A DNA stretch of 18,239 nucleotides from an uncultured Myxococcales bacterium. Its GTDB lineage: Bacteria; Myxococcota; Myxococcia; Myxococcales; Vulgatibacteraceae. Below, one piece after another: positions 6,711-13,974 of this stretch. Every line of letters starts with the position of its first letter. Position 1 is the stretch's first letter. The notes beneath the pieces are model-generated. The model worked only from the letters and a program-made list of their open reading frames with translations, was not told the origin of the DNA and made no database searches. Position numbers and translations under genes: made by a program. The DNA is taken from NCBI GenBank assembly GCA_964504805.1, contig CAZDGH010000067.1:1-18239 (forward strand). The letters run 5' to 3'.

Positions 6711-8525
6711 ATGGCGCTCCCCGACCGACGCGCGCGAACCGCGCCGGCCCCACGCCCGGTCCCCGAGGCGGCGAGGCCGAAGGTGCTCGCCGGCGCGCCT
6801 CGCCCACCGCGACGGCCGCTGCCCCGCTGGCTCCCCCGGCTCTGGATCGCGACCGGCGCCGTCGCCGCCGCGATCGCCGGGCTCGAGTGGGGCTTCGACG
6901 TCGCCTCGCGCCCCGCGGTGCTCCTGGCGGTGACGGTCCTCGACGGCGTGCTCGTCGGGCTGCTCGCCGCGGAGCTCGGCCTGCGCCTCCAGGCTGCCAC
7001 CGAGCGCCTCGGCCTCGTCCGCGACCGCTGGGGCGACGTGCTGGCGCTCGCGCTCTGCCTGCTCCTGGTCGTGCTGGGGCTGCCGCGCGCCGCCGGCGCC
7101 GTCGCCGTCCTGCGCGCGCTCGGCCGCGGCCTGCTCGCCGCGCGACACGTCCCGCTCTTCGGCTCGGCGTTCGCGCTGCTCCAGGCGCGGCCGCTGGTGT
7201 CGCTGATCGCGTCGTTCGCGGTGGTGATCGCCTTCGGCACGCTGGCGCTCACGTTCCCCGCGGCGACGGCCGACCACGCCGGCGCGCCGCTCCTGACCGC
7301 GTTCTTCACCGCCACCTCCGCCACCTGCGTCACCGGGCTCGCCGTGGTGGACACCGCCACCTACTGGTCCCGCTTCGGCCAGCTGGTGATCCTCGGGCTC
7401 GTCCAGATCGGCGGCCTCGGGATCATGACCATCACCACCGCGCTCTCGATGGCGTTCCGCTCCACGATGACGCTGAAGGAGCGCGGCGCGATCCAGGAGA
7501 TGTACGAGGAGGAGACGATCCTCGGCTTCCGGAGGCTCATCGTCCGCGCGGTCGGGATCACCCTCGGCCTCGAGGCGCTCGGCGCCGCCGCGCTCTACCT
7601 GCGCTTCGACGCCTACGCCGACGTCCTCGGCCTCCGCGGCGAGGGGACGGTGCTCTTCCACGCGGTGTTCCACGCGGTCACCGCCTTCTGCAACGCCGGC
7701 TTCGCGCTCCACTCCGACAGCCTGGTGCGGTTCGTCGGCGACGTGCCGGTGAACCTCACCGTCGCGGTGCTGGCGATCGCCGGCGGCCTCGGGTTCCCGG
7801 TGATCGCGAACCTCCTGCACCTCGACCTGCTCCGCGCGCCGCGGCTCTTCTTCCGGCGGCTGCCGGTGCACGACCGGATCGTCTGGGTGGCGACGGCGGC
7901 CCTGCTCGCCGGCGGCACGCTGGCCTACCTGGTGGTGGAGTGGAACGGCGTGCTCCACGGCCTGTCGTTCCGCGAGCGCCTGGTGGCGGCCTCGTTCGCC
8001 TCGGTGACGACGCGCTCGGCCGGGTTCAACACCGTGGACTACGGCCTGCTCACCCAGCCCGGGGTGATCCTCACCTGCGCCCTGATGTTCATCGGCGGCT
8101 CGCCGGGCGGCACCGCCGGCGGCGTCAAGGTCACCACCGCCGCGGTGATGCTGCTCGCGGTGCGCGCGATCCTCCACGGCCGGCCCGACGTGGAGGTGAT
8201 GGGCCGCGAGCTGCCCCGGGCGACGATCTACCGGGCGGTCGCGGTGATCTTCATCAGCGGGGCGGGGCTCACCGCGCTGCTCGTCGTCCTCTTCGCCGTC
8301 GAGCGCCATCCGTTCGACCAGCTGCTCTTCGAGGCGGTGTCCGCGTTCGCCACCACCGGCCTGTCGATGAACCTCACCCCGAAGCTCTCGGCGGCCGGGC
8401 AGCTCGTGGTCGCCTTCCTCATGTTCGTCGGGCGCCTCGGGCCGTTCACCCTGGCGCTGGCCATCGGCTTCTCGCGGCACGCCGCGGCGTACCGCTTCCC
8501 GTCCGGCAAGGTCGTCGTCGGCTGA
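6711..8525 (+). CDS. trkH: Trk/Ktr-type K+ uptake transporter, membrane subunit (TrkH/KtrB family).
   Basis: About 605 aa. Selectivity-filter-like glycine motifs are repeated across the pseudo-repeats (GLVQIGGLGIMT, TTRSAGFNTV, FIGGSPGGTAGGVKVTT, FATTGLS). It has many TM helices, with two extra N-terminal helices as in the TrkH D0 domain. The ATG at 6711 has a weak RBS and is preceded by a Pro/Arg-rich low-complexity stretch, so the start is uncertain. TGA at 8523-8525. Confidence 0.8.
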   Translation: MALPDRRARTAPAPRPVPEAARPKVLAGAPRPPRRPLPRWLPRLWIATGAVAAAIAGLEWGFDVASRPAVLLAVTVLDGVLVGLLAAELGLRLQAATERLGLVRDRWGDVLALALCLLLVVLGLPRAAGAVAVLRALGRGLLAARHVPLFGSAFALLQARPLVSLIASFAVVIAFGTLALTFPAATADHAGAPLLTAFFTATSATCVTGLAVVDTATYWSRFGQLVILGLVQIGGLGIMTITTALSMAFRSTMTLKERGAIQEMYEEETILGFRRLIVRAVGITLGLEALGAAALYLRFDAYADVLGLRGEGTVLFHAVFHAVTAFCNAGFALHSDSLVRFVGDVPVNLTVAVLAIAGGLGFPVIANLLHLDLLRAPRLFFRRLPVHDRIVWVATAALLAGGTLAYLVVEWNGVLHGLSFRERLVAASFASVTTRSAGFNTVDYGLLTQPGVILTCALMFIGGSPGGTAGGVKVTTAAVMLLAVRAILHGRPDVEVMGRELPRATIYRAVAVIFISGAGLTALLVVLFAVERHPFDQLLFEAVSAFATTGLSMNLTPKLSAAGQLVVAFLMFVGRLGPFTLALAIGFSRHAAAYRFPSGKVVVG

Positions 8526-8541
8526 TCCCGGAGGATCGTCC

Positions 8542-9225
8542 GTGTCCAACGAGCTCGTGGTCGTCATCGGCATGGGGCAGTTCGGCGAGGTGGTGGCGAG
8601 GACGCTCGGCGGCCGCGGCCGCGAGGTGCTCGTCCTCGACCGCTCCGAGGAGCGGATCGAGGACCTCAAGGACGCGGTGCCCCGCGCCGTCCGCGCCGAC
8701 TCCACCGACGAGGGCGCGATGCGCGCGCTGGCGGTGGCCGAGGCGAAGACCGCGGTGGTGGCGCTGGGCGAGGAGGACTTCGAGGCGGCGGTGCTCACGG
8801 TCGCGCTGCTCAAGCAGCTCGGCGTGCCGCAGATCATCGTCCGCGCCTCGTCCCGCACCCACGGCCGGATCTTCGAGCTCGTCGGGGCGACGCGGGTGGT
8901 GTTCCCGGAGCTGCAGATGGGCGAGGTGCTGGCGCGGTCGCTCCTCGGCCGCGGCGTCCACGCCTACTTCGCGCTCGAGACGGGCCACACCCTCGCCGAG
9001 GTCGAGGTCCGCCCGGAGTGGGCGCACAGGAGCCTCGCCGAGCTCGAGCTGCGCAAGCGCTACGGCGTGCACGTGCTGGCGATCCGGCGGCCGGTCTCCG
9101 CCGGCGACGGTACCCTCCGCGACCACACCGTGGAGCTGCCCGCGCCGACCGAGGCGCTGCGCACCGGCGACCACCTCGTGCTCGTCGGCACGCAGGACGC
9201 GGTCTCGGGGCTCACCGGTGCGTGA
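8542..9225 (+). CDS. trkA: K+ transporter peripheral RCK subunit (TrkA/KtrA; RCK_N NAD-binding domain plus RCK_C).
   Basis: 227 aa. LVVVIGMGQFGEVVARTL...GREVLVLD is a Rossmann GxGxxG motif, followed by an RCK_C-like C-terminus (LAELELRKRYGVHVLAIRR...GDHLVLVG). GTG at 8542 with a GGAGGAT RBS 5 nt upstream. It lies 16 bp after the trkH stop, so the two are probably an operon. Confidence 0.85.
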   Translation: MSNELVVVIGMGQFGEVVARTLGGRGREVLVLDRSEERIEDLKDAVPRAVRADSTDEGAMRALAVAEAKTAVVALGEEDFEAAVLTVALLKQLGVPQIIVRASSRTHGRIFELVGATRVVFPELQMGEVLARSLLGRGVHAYFALETGHTLAEVEVRPEWAHRSLAELELRKRYGVHVLAIRRPVSAGDGTLRDHTVELPAPTEALRTGDHLVLVGTQDAVSGLTGA

Positions 9226-10957
9226 GGCCTGGGTCACCGCCGCGCTGCTCCTGGCCGCGGGCTGCGTCGACCCGGTGTGCCGGGAGGACGCGGACTGCGC
9301 GGACGGTCTCGGCTGCGTGGAGGGCGCGTGCGTCGAGGCGAGCGCCCAGGAGGCCTGCGGCGACGGCGTCGTCGAGGCGGGTGAGGACTGCGACGAAGGC
9401 GCCGCCAACGGCGCGCCGGAGAGCGCGTGCGGCCCCGGCTGCCTCCAGGCCCGGTGCGGCGACGGCGTGGTGCAGCCGTCGCTCGGCGAGAGCTGCGACG
9501 AGGGCGAGGACGCGAACTCGGCCGGCGGCGGCTGCGGCCCGCGCTGCGTGCCGGTCGCGTGCGGCGACGGCGTCGCCGAAGCCGCCGAGGCGTGCGACGA
9601 AGGCCCCGAGGCGAACCTGCGCGGCCGACACTGCCGCGCCGACTGCACCGCGCCGAGCTGCGGCGACGGCGTCGTCGACGCGCCGTACGAGGACTGCGAC
9701 GACGCGGCGGCCTCGACCGACTTCTCGGAGACCTGCACCGGCGCCTGCCGCGTGCCGTCGTGCGGCGACGGCGTGATCACGCGGGCGACGGAGGCGTGCG
9801 ACGGCGGCCCGGGCTGCACGGCCGCGTGCGCCTTCGAGGGCTGCGGCGCCGTCGAGCTCGTGGCGGGCGCCGGGTTCACGCTGGTACGCCGCGCCGACGG
9901 CGTGCTGCGGGCCGCCGGCAGCGACGCGCAGGGCGAGCTCGGCCGCGTCGACCGCGGCGCGGACGTCCTCTCGCCCGAGGACCTCGACGGCGCCGGCCTG
10001 GTGCAGCTCGCCGCGGGCGAGGCGTTCGTGATCGCGCGGACCGCCGCGGGCACGGTGGTGACCTGGGGCTCGAACGTCGCCGGCCAGCGCGGGCTCTCCG
10101 TGCTCGAGGAGCGCCCGGGCCGCTCGGAGGTGCCGGGGCTGCCGCCGATCGTCGACGTCGCCGCCGGCGCGGTGTCCGCGTTCGCGCTCGACGAGGACGG
10201 CGCGATCTGGAGCTGGGGCGGCGCCTACTACCGCGAGCTCGGCGGCGACGACGGCGTCGTCGAGGCCTGCCCGATCGGCCACCGCTGCCGGCCCGAGCCA
10301 CGGCGGCTCGAGGTCGCCGGCGTGCGCTTCGTCGACGTCGCCGCCGGCCCGTACACCGCGCTCGCGATCGACGAGCGGGGCGAGCTCTGGGGCTTCGGCC
10401 AGGCGGCGTTCGGCCAGCTCGGCCACGCCGTGGCCGAGGCGTGCCCGGACGGCGTGAACGTGTGCGTGCGCGCGCCGGACCGGGTGGGCGTCGGCGGCGT
10501 GGTGCGCGCCGCCGCCGGCCAGGAGTTCACGCTCTTCCTCGACCGCCGCGGCGCGCTCCGTGGCCTCGGCCGCATCGCCTACGCCGGCGCGCCGGCCGAC
10601 GCGCCCGAGCTCGTGGTGTCCACGCCCACCCCGATCCCGCTCGCGAGCGGCGCGCGGATCCACGACGTCGCCGCGGGGCCGTACCACGCCCTCGTCCTCG
10701 ACGAGGCCGGCGTCGTCCACGCCGGCGGCGGCGACGACGACGGCCGCCTGGGACGCGGGCCGTTCGTCGGCGTGACGCCGCTCGCGGAGGTGCCGGGTCT
10801 CGGCCGCGCCACGCAGGTGGCGGCGGCGCTCGCGCACTCGGGGGTGCTCCTCGACGACGGCTCGGTCGTCGCGTTCGGCACGGGCGCGAACGGCCAGCTC
10901 GGGCAAGGCGACGGCGCGCCGTCGGGCACGCCGGTGGCGTTCCCCGTCTGCCCCTAG
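9218..10957 (+). CDS. Lipoprotein with 5 N-terminal Myxococcus cysteine-rich repeats (CGDGVV..E.CD.G type), followed by RCC1-like beta-propeller repeats.
   Basis: 579 aa. Its GTG at 9218 overlaps the trkA stop by 8 nt. A short lipoprotein-type signal M/VREAWVTAALLLAAGC has a lipobox-like LAAGC. There are five ~34-aa repeats, each starting CGDGVV/A/I....E.CD.G. Six to seven RCC1-type blades follow (WGSNVAGQRG, WSWGGAYYRELG, WGFGQAAFGQLG, GRIAYAG, GGGDDDGRLG, FGTGANGQLGQG). TAG at 10955-10957. The 1356-aa track ORF is a shadow fusion. Confidence 0.7.
   Translation: MREAWVTAALLLAAGCVDPVCREDADCADGLGCVEGACVEASAQEACGDGVVEAGEDCDEGAANGAPESACGPGCLQARCGDGVVQPSLGESCDEGEDANSAGGGCGPRCVPVACGDGVAEAAEACDEGPEANLRGRHCRADCTAPSCGDGVVDAPYEDCDDAAASTDFSETCTGACRVPSCGDGVITRATEACDGGPGCTAACAFEGCGAVELVAGAGFTLVRRADGVLRAAGSDAQGELGRVDRGADVLSPEDLDGAGLVQLAAGEAFVIARTAAGTVVTWGSNVAGQRGLSVLEERPGRSEVPGLPPIVDVAAGAVSAFALDEDGAIWSWGGAYYRELGGDDGVVEACPIGHRCRPEPRRLEVAGVRFVDVAAGPYTALAIDERGELWGFGQAAFGQLGHAVAEACPDGVNVCVRAPDRVGVGGVVRAAAGQEFTLFLDRRGALRGLGRIAYAGAPADAPELVVSTPTPIPLASGARIHDVAAGPYHALVLDEAGVVHAGGGDDDGRLGRGPFVGVTPLAEVPGLGRATQVAAALAHSGVLLDDGSVVAFGTGANGQLGQGDGAPSGTPVAFPVCP
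9353..9840 (+). repeat. Tandem in-frame ~102-nt coding repeats (5 units) encoding the Myxococcus Cys-rich repeat module.
   Basis: tgcggcgacggcgt recurs at about 9356, 9458, 9560, 9659 and 9761. These are imperfect coding repeats, not CRISPR, because the spacers are themselves homologous. Confidence 0.6.
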
Positions 10958-10966
10958 GAACACGAA

Positions 10967-11005
10967 GGGCCCGCCCCGGAGCGCCGTCGCGTCCGTGGCG
11001 GGCCC
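10967..11005. terminator. Hairpin (9-bp GC stem gggcccgcc / ggcgggccc with a 21-nt loop) just 3' of the lipoprotein gene.
   Basis: The inverted repeat 10967-10975 / 10997-11005 is seen directly. It lies 10 nt after the TAG at 10957. No U-tract. Confidence 0.35.
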
Positions 11006-11047
11006 GTCGCACCGGGGGCGCCTCGTCGGCGGCCCCGTGGCACCGCG

Positions 11048-11066
11048 CGGGAGCGTGCCGCTCCCG
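11048..11066. terminator. Hairpin cgggagcg-tgc-cgctcccg (perfect 8-bp stem, 3-nt loop), 4 nt 3' of the SPFH gene stop on the minus strand.
   Basis: Seen directly. It sits between convergent genes and is a candidate intrinsic terminator for the minus-strand SPFH transcript. Confidence 0.4.
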
Positions 11067-11069
11067 GGG

Positions 11070-12203
11070 TCAGCCCGGCGCCTTCAGCTGCAGCATCGGC
11101 ATGGCGCCCTCGCCGAGGACGAGGTGCACCTGGCCGACCTTGGCCGCGAGCTCCTTGTACGCCTCGAGCTCCTTGAGGCGGACGAGGAGCGGGTTCTCGG
11201 CGAGGACCTTCGCGGTCTGCGCCAGCGACCGCGTGGCCGCGGTCTCCTCGCGGCGCAGGATCACGTTGGCCTCCGCCTCCTTGCCGGCCTCGATCACGCG
11301 GTTGAGCAGGGCCTTCATCTCGCCCGGCAGGACCACGTCCTTGACGCCGAACGACACCAGCCCGAGGCCGACCACCTCGGCGCGCGTCTTCACCTCGGCC
11401 GCGATCGCGCCGGCGAGCGCCTCGCGGGTCGCGAGGAGCTCGTCGAGCGTCGCCTCCGCCACGGCCTCGCGCGCCGCGAGCTGCATCGCGAGGTACAGGA
11501 CGTCGTCCGGCTGCCGCGCGACCGTCGCCAGCCGCACCGGGTCGGCGACGAGGTACGCCGCCGAGAGGTTGAGGCGAAGGGTGACCTTGTCCTTCGTCAT
11601 CACCTCCTGGCCGGTGACGTGGAGGAGCCGCTCGCGGAGGTCGAGCACCGAGAGCAGCACCTTGCGGACCACCGTCCAGGCCGCGTGGCGGCCGGGGCCG
11701 AGCACCTCGTCGAGCGTGCCGTCGACGTAGCGGAGCGCGACCGAGCCCTGGGGCACGGTGACCTCCACGTGGTCGGACGCCGGGACGAGCGCCTTCACCT
11801 CGTCGCGGAGCGGCGCCGTGGCGACGCCGGAGACGTCGAGCGTCTCCACCGTCACGGCGGGCACGAGCACGCGGGCGCCCTCGGCGGTCCGCTTCTCGGT
11901 GCGCTCCCACGTGGCGACGGCGTGCTCGCCGGCGCCGAGCCACCTCGCCGGGCGGCCGCGCCGGGTGACCAGCGCGCGCTCGTCCGGGCGCACGGTGACG
12001 AGGGCGATCTCGCCCTCCGGCGCCAGCGCGAGCTGCTCCGCCCGGAGCGGCAGGACGAGCGCCTCGCCGTCGAGGCGGAAGACCTCGAGCTTCCGGAACG
12101 GGCGCCACAGCCGGTGGCGGCCCGGCCCGAGCCACCTCGCCGGCACGCCGTTCACGTGCACCACGGCGCGCTGGCCGAGCGGGACGTCGAGCTTCAGGTA
12201 CAT
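11070..12203 (-). CDS. SPFH/band-7 (stomatin/prohibitin-like) domain protein with a ~170-aa N-terminal domain containing three LGPG.H..W repeats.
   Basis: 377 aa. ATG at 12203-12201 with a GGAGAGGAGGTG RBS 6 nt upstream. The C-terminal two-thirds is SPFH-like (VMTKDKVTLRLNLSAAYLVADPVRLA...REAVAEATLDELLATREALAGAIAAEVKTRAEVVGLGLVSFGVKDVVLPGEMKALLNRVIEAGKEAEANVI). The N-terminal repeats are PARWLGPGRHRLW, PARWLGAGEHAVATW and LGPGRHAAWTV. The 537-aa and 502-aa track ORFs are shadow extensions. Confidence 0.75.
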   Translation of the reverse strand: MYLKLDVPLGQRAVVHVNGVPARWLGPGRHRLWRPFRKLEVFRLDGEALVLPLRAEQLALAPEGEIALVTVRPDERALVTRRGRPARWLGAGEHAVATWERTEKRTAEGARVLVPAVTVETLDVSGVATAPLRDEVKALVPASDHVEVTVPQGSVALRYVDGTLDEVLGPGRHAAWTVVRKVLLSVLDLRERLLHVTGQEVMTKDKVTLRLNLSAAYLVADPVRLATVARQPDDVLYLAMQLAAREAVAEATLDELLATREALAGAIAAEVKTRAEVVGLGLVSFGVKDVVLPGEMKALLNRVIEAGKEAEANVILRREETAATRSLAQTAKVLAENPLLVRLKELEAYKELAAKVGQVHLVLGEGAMPMLQLKAPG

Positions 12204-12431
12204 GCTGCACCTCCTCTCCCCTTCCTTGCTGCGGTCGAAAAAGTGGGAGCGCCGCCTCCGCGAGGCCCGCGTCGCCGTCCCCGACGCCCCGGGTCGCGGC
12301 ATGCGGCGCGCCTGCGGCGCGGGGGCGGGGCGGGCCGTCGCTGCGCTGGCCCCGTCCCGGCGTCCGCCGCGGGCCGCACGGCCACGCCGGGCCGGCTCCG
12401 CGGGCGTCGCTCGGGCGGCTCTCCCGTTGCG

Positions 12432-12503
12432 TGCTCCGAGGGGGATTCGAACCCCCGACCACCGGCGTAAAGCCGGTGCCCTACCAGGCTGGGCGATCGG
12501 AGC
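12432..12503 (-). tRNA. tRNA gene. Acceptor stem, D-arm and T-arm are canonical. The anticodon arm is atypical. The anticodon is ambiguous: TAC (Val) if the loop is 5 nt, or UUA if a 7-nt loop forms.
   Basis: Reverse complement: GCTCCGA-TC-GCCC-AGCCTGGTA-GGGC-A-CCGGC-TTTAC-GCCGG-TGGTC-GGGGG-TTCGAAT-CCCCC-TCGGAGC-A. The 7-bp acceptor stem GCTCCGA/TCGGAGC is perfect. The D-arm GCCC/GGGC has an AGCCTGGTA loop. The T-arm GGGGG-TTCGAAT-CCCCC is present. Total length is 72 nt, two short of a standard tRNA, and the deficit falls in the anticodon loop: a perfect 7-bp stem CACCGGC/GCCGGTG encloses only TTTAC. No CCA is encoded. Confidence 0.65.
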
Positions 12504-12681
12504 CATCTGCGTTTCAGGCAGACGGCAGGTGGACCGTGACGTGGTCCGGCCGGGTGGGACCCGAGGTGCGGAAGCCGGACGTGGCGACGCGGACCGGGGA
12601 CGCGGGCGGGAGCGGCGCGGAGCCCCTCCTTCCCGTGCCCGGCCGCGGCCCACCGGGCCCGCGGGGCACTCCCACCGAGAC

Positions 12682-13215
12682 ATGAAAGCTCGGCTTCTCT
12701 ACGATGCGCGCACCATGCGCGCCCTCCTCCTCGCCCTTCCTCTCCTCGTCCTCGGCGCCTGCGCCGGCGACGAGCCGGTGCGTGAGAACCCGCTCGGCAC
12801 CTGCGCCACCAACGACGAGTGCCACACCGAGGAGTACTGCGGCGGCTTCCTCGGCGGCGACTGCGGCACCTCGGGGCAGCGCGGCGGCTGCACCCTGCGG
12901 CTCACCGAGTGCGATCCCGTCGACGAGCCGGTCTGCGGCTGCGACGGCAGCGTCTACCCGAGCACCTGCGAGGCCGCGCGCAACGGCGTCGCCCTCTCCG
13001 CCCTCGGCGGCTGCGAGGTGCCCGCCGGCCGCTTCGCCTGCGGCCCCCGCCTCTGCGACGCCGCCACCGAGTACTGCCGCGACGCCGGCTCGTCCGTCGG
13101 CTGCCAGCCCCTCCCCGACGGCTGCGACGGCACCGACTGCGCCTGCTTCGCCGGCGACCTGCCGGGCTCCTGCACGTCGTGCGCGGTCGCTGGAGGCCTG
13201 GTGCTGGACTGCTGA
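12682..13215 (+). CDS. Cysteine-rich lipoprotein with a Kazal-like (serine protease inhibitor-type) domain.
   Basis: 177 aa. The start is ATG at 12682, or alternatively the in-frame ATG at 12715. Lipoprotein signal MRALLLALPLLVLGAC. The mature part has about 24 Cys. The segment GGCTLRLTECDPVDEPVCGCDGSVYPSTCEAARNGVALSALGGC fits Kazal spacing C-x6-C-x7-(PVCG.DG..Y)-C-...-C. TGA at 13213-13215. The 485-aa track ORF is a shadow extension. Confidence 0.65.
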   Translation: MKARLLYDARTMRALLLALPLLVLGACAGDEPVRENPLGTCATNDECHTEEYCGGFLGGDCGTSGQRGGCTLRLTECDPVDEPVCGCDGSVYPSTCEAARNGVALSALGGCEVPAGRFACGPRLCDAATEYCRDAGSSVGCQPLPDGCDGTDCACFAGDLPGSCTSCAVAGGLVLDC

Positions 13216-13218
13216 AAG

Positions 13219-13378
13219 CAGGCTCCAGGCTCCAGGCTTCAGGCTCCAGCCAGCAGGTAGCTCGGCGCTCCGCGCCTCGCGCTCCCCAGCTGGCGAGCTT
13301 GCCGGGGCCCCCAGCCTGGTGCCGCCGATACGAAGCGGTGGGTGCTGGAGCCCGGAGCCTGGAGCCTGGAGCCTCAGG
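13219..13378. repeat. Copy B of the ~155-bp terminal-inverted-repeat intergenic element (same family as 291..446).
   Basis: Left arm ggctccaggctccaggct at 13221-13238. Right arm ggagcctggagcctggagcc at 13356-13375. Core gcaggtagctcggcgctccgcgcctcgcgctc is identical to copy A apart from one or two substitutions. The gaagcggtgggtgctggagc block is shared. It starts 4 nt after the stop of the Kazal-like gene. Confidence 0.6.
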
Positions 13379-13823
13379 CCCGGAAGGCCTGCTACACCGC
13401 GGGAGCCCGGCGCGGGCGCCGCCGCACCGGGGGGACGGGCTGGGGCGGGCCGCGAGGGTGGGTTGCCGAACGGCGGCCACGACGCCCCGTGGACGGGGCG
13501 GCGCCCGCGCGCGGGCTCCGGGACGGGGGGGCGCCCGGCCGGAGCCGGCAGCGCCGCATCCCTCACGACGAGCGGCCTCGGGCTTCGGCCGTCGCGTGTC
13601 TCTGTATTCGGATTCTGTGTACACGTCTCCCGTCGCGCCGCGGCTCTCGCCGTGCGCCGATCGCAGCCCGTGCGATCCGGGTCTCTCTCTGCCGCGCCGG
13701 AGCCGGTGCCCGTGGGCCCTTGGCTCCCCCGCCTCACCGCCGCCGCCCGCCGCGTGCGCGCCCGGGCCGAGCCCAGGAACGTCGAAGGCCGGGTCCCCTT
13801 CGTGGGAGCCCGGCCTCCGAGGA

Positions 13824-13840
13824 CCAGCGAGAATCGCTGG
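13824..13840. terminator. Small perfect hairpin ccagcga-gaa-tcgctgg, 6 nt 3' of the candidate 42-aa ORF on the minus strand.
   Basis: 7-bp stem with a 3-nt loop, seen directly. A candidate terminator for the FHA/small-ORF transcript. Confidence 0.3.
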
Positions 13841-13845
13841 GAAAC

Positions 13846-13974
13846 CTAGGGGACCGGCCCTCCCGAGGGGAAGAAGCCCAGGTCGCGGATCGTGCCGCTG
13901 GCCGCGTCGTACGGGCACGGGCCGGCGGGCGTCGCCGCGTTCCTGCCGTCGCGCTGTCCGTGGTTCCACGCCAT
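13846..13974 (-). CDS. Candidate small protein of 42 aa (MAWNHGQRDGRNAATPAGPCPYDAASGTIRDLGFFPSGGPVP), downstream of the FHA gene on the same strand.
   Basis: ATG at 13974-13972 with a GAGGTGG RBS about 4 nt upstream. 40 of 42 codons end in G or C, close to the bias of real genes in this genome. TAG at 13848-13846, followed by the hairpin. There are no homology clues, so the call is weak. Confidence 0.25.
   Translation of the reverse strand: MAWNHGQRDGRNAATPAGPCPYDAASGTIRDLGFFPSGGPVP

Noticed and set aside
9353-9840. Regularly spaced ~102-nt direct repeats that might look like a CRISPR array.
   Set aside because: The so-called spacers are homologous to each other, and the whole region is in frame within a lipoprotein. 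They encode CGDGVV...CD.G Cys-rich repeats and are coding tandem repeats, not CRISPR.
11030-11060. TGGCAC at about 11037, a possible sigma-54 -24 element.
   Set aside because: There is no TTGC -12 element at the required spacing; GGGAGC is found there instead. The site lies between two convergent gene ends where a promoter makes little sense.
6540-11730. Very long overlapping ORFs on both strands and in several frames (track examples: 6540..8858 minus 772 aa, 6887..10957 plus 1356 aa, 8446..10053 minus 535 aa, 9212..10963 minus 583 aa, 9427..11730 plus 767 aa). This is the kind of pattern that could suggest overlapping or antisense genes.
   Set aside because: Their translations are Arg/Pro/Ala/Gly-rich low complexity with no domain signatures. 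They run antisense or out of frame to genes with clear homology (trkH, trkA, lipoprotein, SPFH). At about 75% GC, stop codons are rare in every frame, so these are shadow ORFs.
12204-12700. A possible integrated element at the tRNA gene. tRNA genes are common integration sites, and the neighbouring SPFH and Kazal-like genes are accessory-looking.
   Set aside because: There is no integrase, recombinase or transposase. I found no direct repeat of the tRNA 3' end elsewhere in the window; the TTCGAACC T-arm core occurs only once. Flanking genes have native codon bias.
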